From Octopus sinensis (Eukaryota), in NCBI RefSeq assembly GCF_006345805.1, contig NC_043007.1, positions 57,288,001 to 57,352,000 of the forward strand: DNA of 64,000 bases, in the 5' to 3' direction. Position numbers and translations under genes: made by a program. This document shows positions 62,776 through 64,000 of this stretch, in pieces (positions within the stretch are counted from its first letter, which is position 1; each line of letters starts with the position of its first letter). The notes beneath the pieces are model-generated. The model saw only the letters and a list, made by a program, of their open reading frames with translations, ran no database searches and was not told the DNA's origin.

Positions 62776-62975
62776 AAGGGGACACGCTGGCAGAATCGTT
62801 AGCACACTGGACAAAATTCTTTGTGCACGTTCTGAGTTCAAATTCCACCAGGGTCGACTTTTCCTTTTATCCTTTCGGGGTCGATAAAATAAATACCAGT
62901 TAAGTACTGAGGTCAATGTAATCGACTTATCCCCACCCCCGAAACTGTTGGCCTTGTGCCAAATTTGAAACCAAT
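62776..62975 (+). mobile_element. SINE family 1, near full length
   Basis: gctggcagaatcgttagcac...gagttcaaattcc...ggggtcgataaaataa...ggccttgtgccaaatttgaaacca. Confidence 0.88.
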
Positions 62976-63459
62976 ATTTTATTTAATTATTTATAAATTT
63001 TTCTTCTATACTTTTTCATGCGTTTTAGTTTTTGATATTCTGATGTCTCAAACCGAAGCCTTTATGTATTATTTTCTCCATCTTCTGTCGTTATATTTTT
63101 TTTCCTTGTCATAATCCTTTCTTAATTTTCATTTTCAACTGCAACTTTCCGTAATTATTCTGTCTGCCTTTCTTATCTTTTCAGTCTATTCCGAGGAATC
63201 ACTCATTTTATTCCCCCACCCACCCTATTGTCAGACAGCTATAATAACAAGCAGAGAGATTGATTATGAGGAGTACTTGATAATGTATTGATGGGTAAGT
63301 TAAATAAGCAATATGTGGAATTCGAACACGTACTCCATCTTGACGGTTCTATACATTAATCACTAATTGATTACAGCGAAATTCAACACGACCTGTACAC
63401 TCCCACAAAGGATTGAGAAAATGGCTGTTATGCAATTAACTATGTAATATAAATACATT

Positions 63460-63660
<201 letters not shown>

Positions 63661-63774
63661 CGCTCTCTCTGCTAGGCTATCTCTGTTTTTTGCCTCTCTC
63701 TCCCTTTTCATTTCTCTCTTTGTCCCTTTCCGTATATGTATATATATCTTTGCATATGTATATATATCTTTTTT

Positions 63775-63925
63775 TCATTCATTAGAGTGCGGCCGTACTG
63801 GAACAAAGCCTTGAAAAATTTTTAATCGAACGGATCGACTAAGGTCGCTTTTAATGAAACGCTAAGTTACAGGGACGTAAACAAATCAGCACCAGTGGTT
63901 AACTAGTGGTGTGGGAACAAACACA
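63775..63925 (-). mobile_element. SINE family 2, decayed right half
   Basis: tgcggccgtactgga...taagttacagggacgtaaaca...gggaacaaacac. Confidence 0.65.
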
Positions 63926-64000
63926 CACACACACACACACACACTCACAAACATATATACTAGCTTAAGAGCCGCACTCCGTGCAGTCTTTAAACTGGCG

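Overview
Eukaryotic, AT-rich, intergenic or intronic DNA, almost certainly coleoid cephalopod and probably Octopus (inference from the SINE families, microsatellite load and TE mix). No rRNA, tRNA gene, CRISPR array or confidently identifiable host gene; most ORFs in the track are microsatellite read-throughs. The window is a patchwork of (TA)n/(CA)n/(TATC)n/(TAA)n tracts, three tRNA-derived SINE families, LINE remnants (CR1/Jockey-like, RTE-like, L1/Tx1-like, R4/Dong-like at TAA repeats), DNA transposon fossils (mariner, Chapaev3-like, hAT MITE) and at least eight Penelope-like element (PLE) copies or fragments from about three lineages. The main signal is RNA structure: about 18 minimal type I hammerhead ribozyme (HHR) folds read by eye in PLE pseudo-LTRs and short solo units. 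They include non-canonical cores (compensatory U3:A8, U4C, A9C). One near-full-length PLE has its 5' junction 8 nt from its own predicted cleavage site and folds back into a 138-bp palindrome. PLE-associated HHRs are established in general; their density, core variants and junction geometry here are what merit checking. All folds and alignments were done by eye. Many 1-nt homopolymer indels suggest imperfect long-read polishing, so some frameshifts and duplications may be artefacts.
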